Shown one piece after another: positions 1-13,907 of a stretch of 64,000 nt of DNA (position 1 is its first letter; every line of letters begins with the position of its first letter). The DNA comes from Eledone cirrhosa (lineage: Eukaryota), in NCBI GenBank assembly GCA_964016885.1, contig OZ024748.1, forward strand, positions 51,088,001 to 51,152,000. Direction: 5' to 3'. The translations under genes were made by a program, and so were the position numbers. A model generated the notes under the pieces. The model saw nothing but the letters and a program-made list of their open reading frames with translations, was not told where the DNA came from and did no database searches.

Positions 1-175
1 TCATATTATTACCACCCATGACCACCCTACCTCGCCCCACCCGACATCACCACCAGTGCTGCTCCTTCACCTTTGAATGTTTTATGTAGGGAGGAGAAGG
101 GGGAGGAGGAGTAGAATGTGTTTTAACTGGAGATGTTGAGCAGTTGGACAGATGAGTGGATTAGGTTAGAGGGGT

Positions 176-180
<5 letters not shown>

Positions 181-210
<30 letters not shown>

Positions 211-560
211 CCGAGAGGGGAGAGACAAGAAGGGTAGAGGAGAGAGGGACGAGAGACGAGCGGGAGAGAGACAAGAGAGAGAGAGAGACGAGAGGGAGAG
301 AGACAAGAGAGAGAGATGGGGGGGAGAGACGAGAGACAAGAGGGAGAGAGACAAGAGAAAGAGACGATAGAGACGAGAGAGAGGGGGAGATGATAGAGAT
401 AGAGGGGGGAGACGAGAGAGAGAGGGGGAGACGAGAGAGAGAGGGGGGACGAGAGAGAGAGGGGGGAGACGAGAGAGAGAGAGGGGGGAGAGACGAGAGA
501 GAGAGGGATAAGAGACGAGAGAGAGAGGGATAAGAGACGAGGGAGAGGGGGGGGGGAAGA
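181..560. repeat. (GA)n / GAGAC-rich polypurine repeat
   Basis: Visible runs of gagagaga interspersed with gagacga and ggggga. Confidence 0.95.
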
Positions 561-1142
561 GTGATTAGAATGTGAGTGAGAAAGAATGGTAAATGAAAGA
601 GAAAGAAATTAAGAAATATATATATAGAGAGAGTAAGAGTAAGAGATGGGAATAAGGAAGAAAGAGAAGGGGCAGAGAATGAGTGACAGAAAAAAAGATA
701 GAAGAAGAGTGATGACCTAATAAGAGAGAAAGAAGAATGAAAGAGAAAGAAGGAGAGGGGAAGACATCAAAGTGGAAGAAGGAAAAAAACAAACAAAAGA
801 GAATGGAATGGAAAATGTGAATAAATAAATCAATAAAAAATGGCAAGAATGCTTCCAGGGTCGGGGTATGGAGTGTAAAAGGTATAGAAAAAAATCTGGA
901 AATGGCTAGAATAATTGCATAGAAAGAGAAACTATAGGAATGAGAATAAATGGACTGGACAACTAGATTGATGAATTAGCTGGATGTAGAAGACATAGGT
1001 TGATCATCTAAATATATTAGCATGGTCATCTAGTCTAGATGGTTAACTAATTAGATTGATAGATAGATAGATAAGTAGATTGATAGATAGAAAGTAGATT
1101 GATAGATAGATATATAGATAGATTGATTAGATAGATAGATAT

Positions 1143-2092
1143 CTTTCTTTATATGCCACAGGGGCGTACAAAAATGGAACATTAAAGACGTGACGGCGGG
1201 GTTTTACATAAAAATCATATAACTTTAACATTAATAAATAACAATAAACTATATATAATAAAATAACAATTGAAATCCCCAATGGGGGGGGGGGGGACGT
1301 TACTGCAGGGTTGTTTTACACCCCATGGATAGAACAACCCCCAACACCAGGAACACGTTTTGTAGGTGTTCCTGTCTTCCCTCTGTTTATCTTCCTCAAC
1401 CTAGAGGTTTATATATAGAGAAGGCCCATTCACTCGGGCCATTTTCGCCACATTCACCTACCTTTCAGCGAATTTACTGGGATGTAGCACCTCTCTCTCT
1501 CCACTCTCACCTTCCTTCTGAAGTGATACTTAAAGAAGGGGATAAGTTGTTGTCCGGAGAGAAAGGTGTTTGCCCTCAGTCCTTTTAACCTCGTCTACCA
1601 TATTACCTCTTTCACCATAGCCACCAGACAGAGGAAAACCGCTTCTCCTTCATTCTTAAATGAAGGCGACGGGGTGATCCTCACGATGGACTTGGCTGAA
1701 AACTGGATGCATCCCACACGTGACAGTAGCTGTTCGACATAATTCCATAGGTTGGTCACCCCTGGGCACTCAAGGTGCCAGGCACCCATTTTCCATCTTC
1801 GCTTGACCCAGGACTGCAGCTCTGTTAGTGAGATGAGTTGTGGAAGAGCTTGTCTCACAAACGACAGCCATACTGGTTCACCGGTCAGGGATACCTGGAC
1901 ATGGCATAGCCTCAGCGCGCGTTTACACATCATCAGCCACGGCATGCCCGGCCCTCTGTTAGAAGGGTGTTGACAGTAGATGGATCTCCTCAGCAATGGA
2001 GCCTGTTTCTTCCAGAGGAACTTGAAGAGTAGGCGTTCCATTTTGGTGAGGTATTCGCAGGGACAAGGCACGACTGTCAAGCGGTAGTAGAT
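1143..2092 (-). mobile_element. 5'-truncated, decayed Tx1/L1-clade non-LTR retrotransposon (ORF2 C-terminus plus 3'UTR)
   Basis: Minus-strand translation RLTVVPCP..KMERLLFKFLW..RGPGMP..CPGVTNLWNYVEQLL..AMVKEVIW*TRLKGLR..KFAER*VNVAK, ending at TAG 1401-1403. The FLW/GxGxP and IWxxR...FxxRW motifs resemble the region downstream of RT in Tx1-type ORF2. The two in-frame TAG codons fall where Trp (TGG) is expected. Flanked on both sides by (GATA)n. Confidence 0.75.
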
Positions 2093-3023
2093 GATATAGA
2101 TAGATAGATAGATAGATAGGTATGTATGTAAGTATGGAGGTAGGTAGGTAGATATATAAGTAGATAGGTAGATAAATAGGTTGATAGATAGATAGAAAAT
2201 AAAGTGATCACTACCCAATATGCTTTAACCACAAGCTCAAAAGTGCATTGTTTTATTTCTTTCACTCGTTCAATCAATAACCAATAAATGGTTGACTAAA
2301 GAAAACCAGACTGGATAATATAAATATAGACCAAATGGTGAAGAAATAGGTTCAGTACATGAATTTGTTAATGTTGTCATATAAATATTTAATTAGTTAG
2401 CTAACAGATTGTTAAGTTAATATTGATGTATTTAATGCTGGGAGTATTTAAATAGAAAACACCATGGTAAGAAAAATGTTATATCAGTCCTTGATTAATA
2501 TTATTTCGATTTTATTTTTAGGCAAGTATGGCAGACAACTATTTATGTGTTTCTGTCATATTAGTCCTTTTCAGTAAAGCATAGACTTCATGATGCTTGC
2601 CAAATATTCACGAGAGAGACACTAATGAACAACTGTGCAAGTATATTCAATTATTTCCATACAAATATAGACAGAGTCATAGACTTCTTTTAATTACAAT
2701 ATGCAATAAAATCAATGGTCAAGTTAGTGTGGTGTTAACATATTTTAAGCAGCAAGTTTTAAATGGCTAACTAAAATATAGATAACTAGAAAAATATAGA
2801 TAACTTGTAAGCTAAACAAATTTATAGCTAATGAACTGTCTAGTTTACTCAGTAGTTTTACTAGATAAACATCTAATTATCTAAAACATAATATATTATT
2901 ATATATTGATATAAGTAGACATATATATACACACATATATATATATACATGGAATTAGGAAGTATTGTAAACTTTTCCTTATATATATATCATTATATCA
3001 TTATATATATATATATATATATA

Positions 3024-3365
3024 TCATCATCATCACCATCTTTAAAATCCATTTTTCCAAGCTAGCATGGGTTACATGGGTTGTCCTGTTTGAGGCAATT
3101 TGGGTTAGTTGACCATGTCTTACTCACACAGTACTGTCTCTGGCTGGGTTTCTATGGCTGGCTACATTTCATACCACCAACCATGTTTACAGTGTTTCTG
3201 GGTTCTTTTTGTCATGCCACCTACATGACCACTTTACAGTGTAGGCTGGGTGCTTTTTGTCATGCCACATATAGGCACTTTACAATGTAGACTGGGTGCT
3301 TTTTGTTGTGTCACCTACACGACCACTTTACAGTGTGGGCTGGGTACTTTTTGTCATGACACTTA
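3024..3365 (-). mobile_element. SINE-B-type 3' fragment with tandem ~40-45 bp units
   Basis: Several accactttacagtgt..gctgggtgcttttt units followed by a ccatgctagc-like end and (GAT)n tail. Homologous to 40915-41310 and to the 3' half of 15237-15645. Confidence 0.75.
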
Positions 3366-3518
3366 CATATATTTATATATAAAGATAAAATGAATGAGAA
3401 ACAGATGGTGGTGAATGCAAAATCAATTGTAATAATAAATATATATTAAAAGACCAGCACCAGCCACCAACATGAACAACAACAGTAACATTAGATCCAA
3501 CAAACCCCAAGTGCTAAC

Positions 3519-3712
3519 AAATAATTGTTTCTACTTTTGGCACAAGGCCAGCAATTACCCAGTACATTACTGGTACTTTATTTTATCGACCCTGTAAGGA
3601 TGAAAGGCAAAGTTAACCTTGGCGGGATTTGAACTCAGACCATAAAGGGCCGTAAAATTTGCTGCAAAGCATGGTGTCCGACCCTCTACCAATACTGCCA
3701 ATCCACTGCCCT
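3519..3712 (-). mobile_element. SINE-A (tRNA-derived SINE)
   Basis: Pol III A-box-like TGGCAGTATTGG and B-box GAGTTCAAATCCC on the minus strand; body tttgcctttcatccttac.gggtcgataaaataaagtacc; ATTAT tail; caaataat repeated at both flanks. Confidence 0.9.
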
Positions 3713-3872
3713 CAAATAATGCAATTTGAAAATACTTCAAAAAAATCCACTTGACATTACAGGAAAGATAGCAATGTCTCAAAGAACAACACCAACAATT
3801 TTACAGACAAGAATTACTCTTGTTACCTCCCTTCAAAATGTTACATGTCTGCATAGAATATATTTAGAAATA

Positions 3873-4465
3873 TCTATATATATAAAACTGAGGATGTCTG
3901 TGTGTGTGTGAGTTTGAATCCCTAAAACTAGAGAAGCACCTAACCGACTGTTTTCAAACTTTACACATGTAATACTTATGTTTCAGAGAGTGTTCTGAGC
4001 AAAAGAAATTCAAATTTTCAATGCCCGCATTTCAGGGGCCGCATTAGGCGATTTAGCGATCTCTCTCTATAATTCTTAGTCTTTCTCTTTTTAGATAGAT
4101 ACATACATATAACGTCATGCCCTTATAATATCTGTCTGTATGTCTGGCTGTTTGCATTACGTCACTTCCTACAATTCGCTCTACGTCCAGAATGCGCCCT
4201 TATAATATCTGTCTGTATGTCTAGCTGTCTGCTGCCTCCGGTTATTCTGCCACCCTTGCTCAAGACAAATCTCACACTCATTCCCCAAACAGTTGGTAAG
4301 TGCACACAACTTCTTCCTCACGTTTTAAGCCACAGTGTTGCTTACTTACCTACCACCAGACCCTTTCTTTTTTGCCATCTGTGGTTGTGGCAATACTAAG
4401 CTTAGCTAAGGCAGTTATATATTTCACAATACCTTATCCTGTGCGACGCCGGGTACCACTGCTAG
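3873..4465 (+). mobile_element. Non-autonomous Helitron
   Basis: Begins A|TCTATATATATAAAA followed by (GT)n. Ends with a GC-rich subterminal hairpin cctgtgcgacgccggg and CTAG|T. Inserted between A and T with no TSD, the canonical Helitron termini. Internal ~35 bp direct repeat at 4117 and 4192. Confidence 0.8.
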
Positions 4466-4887
4466 TATATAATAAATATAACACAAAAAAATCTAAAAAT
4501 TGTGCACTACATTATTAACAGTATTAAAAACACCTTTATGGGACTAAAATATTTTACAATTACTTGCGTTATACCAATATTAATTAAGGAACAACTTTAT
4601 CTGCCTAAGTACAAAACTCTATGCATTCCAAATTATATATAAATCAGATTAGTCAGACTGTTCCAGATTTTGTATTTCTTCTCTTTCTGAAAATTAAGAT
4701 GTTTCCTTCAAACAAACGAAAAATAAAAATAAATGAAATCAAAGTTTTCCTCATCATAGCAATGAAGTCCAATAATATATAAATGTATTCATGATTAAAA
4801 TATTGTAATATTGTGATTATTTATATTACTAAAATAATAATATATAATAAATATTGATTCATAAATTTAGAGATCATTGTTCCTAAC

Positions 4888-5149
4888 CTGAAATAACAGA
4901 ACATGAAGCAGTATATATTGTTATTCTCCTTCCTAAAGAAGACTTGAATGGACCAATCAAAATAATGAGTTTGAAGTAATGACTCCAAACTGCAACAAAT
5001 GAACCAACCATAGTTATTTCCATCAGATCAACTGGGTCAAAGTTATTGTTAGTTTGAAGTAGTATTGGTTGGACTAAAGCTTGAAAAAACCAATAAGAGT
5101 ATATTACATTCTCCTTCAAACATACATGCAATAAAATAAATAGACACCA
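4888..5149 (-). pseudogene. Possible exon or exon relic of an MFS-type (SLC46-like) transporter
   Basis: Open 262 bp between a polypyrimidine-TAG acceptor (5151-5150) and a CAG|GTTAGG donor. The translation ..NNNFDPVDLMEITMVGSFVAVWSHYFKLIILIGPFKSSLGRRITIYTASCSVIS contains an MFS motif-A-like GxxxxxxGRR. Similarity judged by eye only. Confidence 0.3.
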
Positions 5150-5470
5150 CTAAAACAAAGAGACAACAGTATCTTTGGAGACACAGTTTTCAAAAGATTC
5201 CATTAAACTGAAACACATTTTCTGTAAATATTTGGATTCATAAATTTTTACACTCATCCCTAGACACGCATACAATGCTCTGAAGTTCCTTTACATTCTT
5301 TCAAATGGACGTAATCTCTGTATCTCAATTTTTCTACATGTAGGTTTGTGGCTTGTATTTGGAGATTAAATATAGAGCTACATTTCAAATGGTATATGCT
5401 TCTTTGTCCATTACCTATATTGATACAGGCAATAGGATCTTTTGATTTATGTCTTAAGAGTATCCTTTTA

Positions 5471-5472
<2 letters not shown>

Positions 5473-5565
<93 letters not shown>

Positions 5566-5653
5566 TATATACAGATGTATATATGAATATATATATATAC
5601 ATATTCAGAAATTCATATGTATACACATACACACACTCATACACACACACGCA

Positions 5654-5689
<36 letters not shown>

Positions 5690-6049
5690 AAGTTTGCATG
5701 TGCAAAATAATCCCTCACTAATTGATCACTGAAATAGAGTATAGAACGTAAAATGACTTACTGCAAAATCATTTGTCAGTTTATGAAGTATGTGTCTATC
5801 TCCTTTGAGACGTAATCAGATGAAATCTAATCATATCAGTGTGTGTATGTGTGTGTGTGTATATATGTGTGTGTGTTTGTGTGTGCGTGTTCATATCTGT
5901 ATGTACACATTAAAGCATAGGTGTTCATATTCATACAAACACAAGCATAGATACACATACGCACACAAACATATATATATATATATATATATATACATAC
6001 ATACATATACATACACACATATATACATATACACATACTCACACACATT

Positions 6050-6097
<48 letters not shown>

Positions 6098-6544
6098 CGT
6101 ACATATATATTCATATACATATATATATACGTATATATATATTCATATTCATATATATATACGTATATATATATTCATATTCATATATATATACGTACAT
6201 ATATATTAAATATTCATATATATATATACGTACATATATATTCATATACATATATATATACGTATATATATATTCATATACATATATATATACATATATA
6301 TATATATATGTATGTATATATATATATATATATTCATATATATATATATATATTCATATACATATATATATATATATTCATATACATATATATATTCATA
6401 TACATATATATATATATTCATATACATACATATATATATATTCATATACATATATATATATATATATTCATATACATATATATATATATATATTCATATA
6501 CATATATATATATATATATATTCATATACATATATATATATATA

Positions 6545-6592
<48 letters not shown>

Positions 6593-7144
6593 ATCATATA
6601 TAAGTATGTATGTATTAGGTAGATATGTGTAGCCAGCTAAATAGATAGATGTAGAGATATAGATAGAAAGGTATATAGAGAGGTTAGATGTCTACATTAA
6701 TACAGACATATATTTAGGAACTGATGATTATTTATGCATACATCTACATATAATCATGTAAATATGAGAGGAAGCACAAAAATAAACAACACATACATAC
6801 ATACACACATATATACACATATATATATGTGTATATATACATATATATATATATTTATATACATATATACACATATATATATGTGTATATACATATATAT
6901 ATACACATATATATATATGTATATATACATATATACATATATGTATATACATATATACGTATATACATATATATATATATATACATACATATATATATAT
7001 ACATACATACACATATTCACACACACATGCACACACATACATATATATGTGTATATACATATATACTTATATATACATATATATATATATATATACATAC
7101 ATACACATGCACACACATACATATATATATGTGTATATACATAT

Positions 7145-7191
<47 letters not shown>

Positions 7192-7270
7192 CATATTCAC
7201 ATACACATGCACACACATACACATATATATATGTATATATATATATATACACACACATACAGTTTCTATG
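5473..7270. repeat. Compound (GT)n/(TA)n/(TACA)n microsatellite field
   Basis: Directly visible; includes a cryptic tattcatatacatata unit at 6100-6560. Confidence 0.95.
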
Positions 7271-8442
7271 TATGTATGAACAAATTTTTTTGACAGCTGT
7301 CAATCCATTTGTTTTTCCTTGCAGTCTTCTTGATTCCAATACGGTACCATTAAAAGTATGTAACATTTTCGCTTGGAGATAACACTATCATTCTTTCAGC
7401 CTCTTTGTCAGTCTGTCTGCCTCTCTTTCATGTTCACTATCTATTTGTCTCCCTATCTATCATTCTTGTCTGGCTTTCTATGTCTCTCATTCTCTCACTT
7501 TGTCTCCTATGTCTCACATTTTGCCCCTCTTTTCATTTGAAGCAAACTTGTCTGCACATAGTCTTATTATCGGCATTGGTCATATTACTGGAGAAATGAT
7601 CTTTTTTCCTTTTTCATGTTACTACTACTACTACTGCTGCTGCTATTCGTCATCAATACCATCATCATGATCATATTAATGTAAGTCATATATAGAGATT
7701 TTTTGTGGGTTACTCAGTCTGCCAAAAAAAAACCCCAAAACAGCCAAACCGTTCACATAAATAACACACTTTAAACAATCAAGGGTTAGTCTGGATAATA
7801 TAATCCTTAATAAAATATGAAAACAAGATGGGATGATCATGGCTAGAATGCATTTGGTTGTAAGTCTGCTTGAACTTGGCTGACCTGGGGCTTATCCACA
7901 ACAATTTAATTAACTTTGACCCCAAAAATTGTTGGTCATGTGCCTAAACCAAAAACTATTACCATTATTCTTACTTTAATTTTATTGTTACCTAATATCT
8001 TTGTTCTTTTTGGGGGTGAGTGTGTCTTTTACACATTTTCATGTAAACCACACTGTATCATCCTGTACCATCCTTCATCGATGAAATAAAGTACCAGTAA
8101 TGCATTGGAGTCAATTTAATCATCTTTCCCCTTCCCTTCAAATTGCTGGCCTTGTGCCTATAATAGAAATCATTATTATTATTATTATTATTATTATCAA
8201 ACTATCAGATGATTGGCTCATTGGAATGCCAAACAATTTGCTTATGACACTTAAGATCCCACCAGTGTCAATCTTTGATACACATCTTTCTCTTGTCAAC
8301 AAATTAACTATGACACTTTAGGTTTGGCACAATCAGTAAAAAAATAGACAAGCCAATAGAAGTATTTAGTTATGGCTCATTGTTTTTGGAAACCTGCTGA
8401 GCTGAGTTCAATTTAGCCATTGATCCTCCTACAGTAGATGAA

Positions 8443-9106
8443 ATAATTGGTTCTACTTTAGGCACAAGGCCAGCAATTACCCAGTGCATTACTGGTACTT
8501 TATTTTATCGACCCCGTAAGGATGAAAGGCAAAGTCAACCTCGGCGGGATTTGAACTCAGATCGTAAAGGGACGTAACTGTGCTGGAAAGCATGGCGTCC
8601 GACCCTCTACTAATACTGCCAATCCACCGATGAAATAATCAATGAAAAACTAGGGGTCAGCTAGATCTAAATGCTATTGTAATATCAGTCAACTCAATGA
8701 TAATGATAGTTTCTGATTTAGGCACAAGGCCAGCAATTTGAAGGGATGAAGAAAGTCAATTAAATCAACCCAGTGCATTACTGGTACTTTATTTTATCAA
8801 CCCAATGAGGATGAAACACAAAGCTAAACTTGGTGGGATTTGAACTCTGAATGTAAAGGGATGTAACTTGATGCTGTGAAGAACAGTGTCTGATCCTCAA
8901 CACTATAATTATATATAATTGTTTCTACTTTAGGCACAAGGCCAGCAATTACCCAGTGCATTACTGGTACTTTATTTTATCGACCCCGTAAGGATGAAAG
9001 GCAAAGTCAACCTCGGCGGGATTTGAACTCAGATCGTAAAGGGACGTAACTCTATGCTTGAAAGCATGGCGTCCGACCCTCTACCGATACTGCCAATCCA
9101 CCGCCC
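8443..9106 (-). mobile_element. Cluster of three SINE-A copies (8443-8629, ~8700-8900 older long variant, 8916-9106)
   Basis: Homologous to other SINE-A copies; the first is flanked by a gatgaaataat duplication. Confidence 0.9.
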
Positions 9107-9818
9107 TTAATATAATATCCCAATGTGACCCACAGTGAGATTGAGCATGAAGCTACATTGTTACAAAGCAAACTGCTTAACTACACTGTCGAGCCAACAC
9201 CAATATATATACACACGCACACACACACATATATATATATATGTGTGTGTGAATGTGTGTGTAAATATATCTTTTTTTTTTCAATAATTATATACATAAT
9301 TAAAAACTTATGTATGTAAAAATAAAATTTGAAAAATACAGAACAATTTCTGAAAAATCTGAAAATACTTCCAAAATCAATAATGTATATATAACAACAA
9401 CAACAACAACAATAATAATAATAATAATAATGATAATAATAATATTAATGATGCTTTCTTTATTAACCACAAGGGTTTACATAAAGTAGACATTAATAAT
9501 AATATTAATGATACTAACGATAATGATAATAATAATAAATTTAAAAATTAATTAATTGTAAAAAAGGTAAGCAAATAATGAAAGATAATTTGGCACCAGC
9601 GTAATCAGAGAACTACCAGTTTTCCAATATGTTAACCACTAAGCTTCAGCAAAATCATAGCTCTTTGCTCTCTTAATTTTGCCATTAAAAGAATTTAGAT
9701 ATCTTTCTGTTTTTGTTTTTGTTTTAATTATTTTTATCAGTTTTCAGAAATTTACCAACCACATTTGCATGGCAGATGAATTTTCTGACGCTGATTTCCC
9801 TTGATGATAGAAAACAGG

Positions 9819-9819
<1 letters not shown>

Positions 9820-9865
<46 letters not shown>

Positions 9866-9906
9866 CATATATATATATATATATTTTTACATATATACGT
9901 ACATTG

Positions 9907-9954
<48 letters not shown>

Positions 9955-10047
9955 ATGTACATATATATATGTATGTACATATATATATATATATGTACAT
10001 TTATATATGTATATACATATATATAATATACATATATATATATGTAC

Positions 10048-10090
<43 letters not shown>

Positions 10091-10663
10091 CATATATATA
10101 TGTATATACATATATATATATGTATATACATATATATATATACATACTTATATAACCTTATATACATACATACATATATATATGTATATATATACACATA
10201 CATATATATATATATGTATATACATACATATATTATATACATACATACATATATATATATATACAAACATACATATATGTGTATATATATATATATATAC
10301 ACATATATATACATACACATACACATATATATATACATATACATACACATAAATATATATATATATATATGCCCACACATACACATATATATATACATAT
10401 ACATAAATAAATATATATATATGCCCACACATACATACATATATATATACATACACACATACACATATATGTGTGTGTGTGTGTATATAATTATGAATGC
10501 ATATACATGTGCTTATGTATGTATATTGTAAATATATTGACTTGCTATTAACAATTAATAGCACCGTATTAATGATGCCATAATGCCATTAGTAAAATTA
10601 GGTCTACTGAATACCTTACCAAATGAATATCTTGCTTATCACTATATCTCTATATATCTATCT

Positions 10664-10694
<31 letters not shown>

Positions 10695-11765
10695 TGTATG
10701 TATATGTGTGTGTGTGTATGTATATGTGTATGGATGTATGTGTGTATGTTTGTATGTATATGTGTATGGATGTATGTGTGTATGTTTGTATGTATATGTG
10801 TATGTGTGTATGTATGTATATGTGTATGGATGTATGTGTGTATATTTGTATGTATATGTGTATGTGTGTATGTATGTATGTATATGTGTCTATATATGTA
10901 TGTGTGTATGTTTGTATGTATGTGTGTATGTATGTATGTATCTATGTATGGATGTATGTGTGTATGCATGTATATGTGTATGCATGTGTCTATATATGTA
11001 TGCGTGTATGTTTGTATGTATGTGTGTATGTGTGCATGTATGTATGTATCTATGTATGGATGGGTGGATGTATGTGTGTATGTATGTATGAATATGTGTA
11101 TGCATGTGTCTATATATGTATGTGTGTATGTATATATGTATATGTGTCTATATATGTATGTGTGTATGTTTGTATGTATGTGTGTATGTATGTATGTATC
11201 TATGGATGGATGTATGTGTGTATGTATGTATGTATATATGTATGCATGTGTCTATATATGTATGTGTGTATGTTTGTATGTATGTGTGTATGTGTGCATG
11301 TATGTATGTATCTATGTATGGATGGATGGATGTATGTGTGTATGTATGTATGAATATGTGTATGCATGTGTCTATATATGTATGTGTGTATGTTTGTATG
11401 TATGTGTGTATGTGTGTATGTATGTATGTATGTATCTATGTATGGATGGATGGATGTATGTGTGTATGCATGTATGTGTGTATGCATGTATATGTGTATG
11501 CATGTGTCTATATATGTATGTGTGTATATATATATATGTATGTAGGTATATATGTATGTATGTATATGTATGTAGGTATGTAGGTATATATGTATATGTG
11601 TATGCAGGTATGTGTGTGTATTTTTGTGCGTATTCATATATGTGAATGTATATATGTATATATGTATGTATGTGTGTATGTAAGTATGTAAGCATGTGTC
11701 TATAAATATGTATGTGTCTATATAACTATTTATTTATATCAGTTATCACATGTTCCCTCTATGTT

Positions 11766-11811
<46 letters not shown>

Positions 11812-11814
11812 TCG

Positions 11815-11861
<47 letters not shown>

Positions 11862-11868
11862 CATATAT

Positions 11869-11912
<44 letters not shown>

Positions 11913-11940
11913 CTGTGTGTGTGTGTGTGTCTGTGTGTAT
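9820..11940. repeat. Compound (TA)n/(TATG)n/(CT)n/(GT)n microsatellite field
   Basis: Directly visible; recurrent higher-order blocks in 10700-11560. Confidence 0.95.
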
Positions 11941-12297
11941 AATTCCAACCTATCATAACATGGAGAACATAGATGTTAAATGTTAATGATACATAAATAT
12001 GTGTATGTATGTATTTTGTTTTGTTATAGCTATTTCTACATGTATGTGTACGTATGTATATAAATGTGTATATATAGATGGAATGAAAAGGATATAACAA
12101 TCAAAACTACACACACACATGTATGAATGCATGTGTATTCATGCATGTGTATTCATACATGTGTATCATTCACTATAGCCTCAGGTCGACCCATGTTCTG
12201 GAAGGGAAATTTGTAGACTAAAGCCAGCTTGAAAGCCAGCTGGATGGATTGTTCTTCTAATTCACAATGACAGCCATGACATGCACAATGTTGCAGC

Positions 12298-12448
12298 CAG
12301 GGCCTCCAAGAGAAATTTTGCAACGTGGTACTAGAACCTTTTGGGGCCCGAAGCAGGCAAAGATTTTTCTTGTGGTTTCCTGTGGGGCTTTCTTATCTCT
12401 TGGACCCCAGAACAAAGTACTGGCTGGACCCCTCTCTCATAGGCCCTG
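12298..12448. mobile_element. hAT-type MITE (151 bp)
   Basis: Terminal inverted repeats CAGGGCCT.../...AGGCCCTG flanked by 8-bp gttgcagc / gttgaagc (7/8 match), the TSD length characteristic of hAT. Confidence 0.75.
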
Positions 12449-13282
12449 GTTGAAGCATGACTCCCAGTCAGTTCCATTAAGATTACATATATCTGTCGAA
12501 TATTCACTTATTTAAACATTTTCACAAGTAAGCAGTTTTCTTTGTCAAAAAACTGAAAAATCAAAATTGGTGAAAGTCCATTCCATTCTAGTCCCAACAG
12601 TTAAAAATAAAGGAAATATAGTACAAAATACTCCCTTTTTAACTTGCTAATCTAAACAGATAATAGATACACAAAGACAGAAATCAAGCATAGTTCATGC
12701 CTACCATATTTATTAACACAATCGTTATCAACATTTTACATCCACTTTTCATGTTGGATGGATTGTGACACTCTGAGATAATTCATTCTCAGAGATACTG
12801 TACTTCTTTGACATGGGTTCTACTGCTCAATGCCTTTCCTCACGCCAACCACCTTACAGAATGTACTGAGTACATTTTACCATGGCACCAACACAATGGA
12901 TGCTCTTTTATCCTCAGGTAGATTAAAGAGTCCTCTTAACTCTATGTTGTTTCTGTTTGTTTGTAAACCATTTTTCTTAGTGTACTCGAAGCATTTTATC
13001 ATAGCACCAAATCATCTGAGGTTGTCTTGTGCCCCACAAAGGTAAAGTGTTCTCATTTTACTACCTTTGTTTTAATATAATGCATCTAGTCCCATTGAAA
13101 GTAGATAATTTGGGGGACACTTAGAATTATACATCCAGAATCTTAAATGAGAGATCACATTAGACTATATGTCTCTAGATAGATAGCTGCCCGCAGAAAA
13201 GCAAGGAAAAAAAAATGATGACTAAAGCTAGAACACATTTGATCACAAATCTGACCTGGTGCTAAACAAACACAACAATAAT

Positions 13283-13698
13283 AATAATTGTTTCTACTTT
13301 TGGCACAAGGCAAGCAATTATATCAGTGCATTACTGGTACTTTATTTTATTGACCCCGTAAGGATGAAAGGCAAAGTTATCCTCGGTGAGATTTGAACTC
13401 AGAATGGCAAGGGGCGAAACTCTTTGCGTCAAAGCATGGCGTCCGACCCTCTACCGACACTGCCAACCCACCGCCCTAAAATGATAATAATAATGGTTTC
13501 TGATTTAGGCACAAGGCCAGTAATTTGGGGGGAAGGGGGAAGTCGATTAAATCGACCCCCGTATGTCACTGGCCCTTTATATTATCGGACCCTATAAAGA
13601 TAAAACGCAAAGCTAACCTTGGCAGGATTTGAACTCAGAACGGAAAGGAATATAACTATGACGCAAAGCATGGTGACTGATGCTCTACCGATACTGCC
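13283..13698 (-). mobile_element. Two SINE-A copies (short 13283-13477; long variant with gtcgattaaatcgac hairpin 13490-13698)
   Basis: Homology to other copies; A and B boxes visible on the minus strand. Confidence 0.9.
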
Positions 13699-13870
13699 AT
13701 AATATTAATAATGGAAATTACAATAAATTTAATTAACAATTTTTACACATTATATATCTTTCTCCCATTTTCACAAATATATGCTGTCTATTTCTTTCTT
13801 GCCATTTCTCTCGATGTACAATGCTGGACAACTAATTAAATAAATAAATATCTATCTATCTATCTATCTG

Positions 13871-13907
<37 letters not shown>

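Noticed and set aside
2521-2680. Additional transporter-like exon (GKYGRQLFMCF...)
   Set aside because: Multiple stops in every frame and similarity too weak to distinguish from chance.
5442-11986. Long Y/I/C/V/M/H/T-rich ORFs
   Set aside because: Stop-free translations of (TA)n, (CA)n and (TATG)n microsatellites, open in many frames on both strands.
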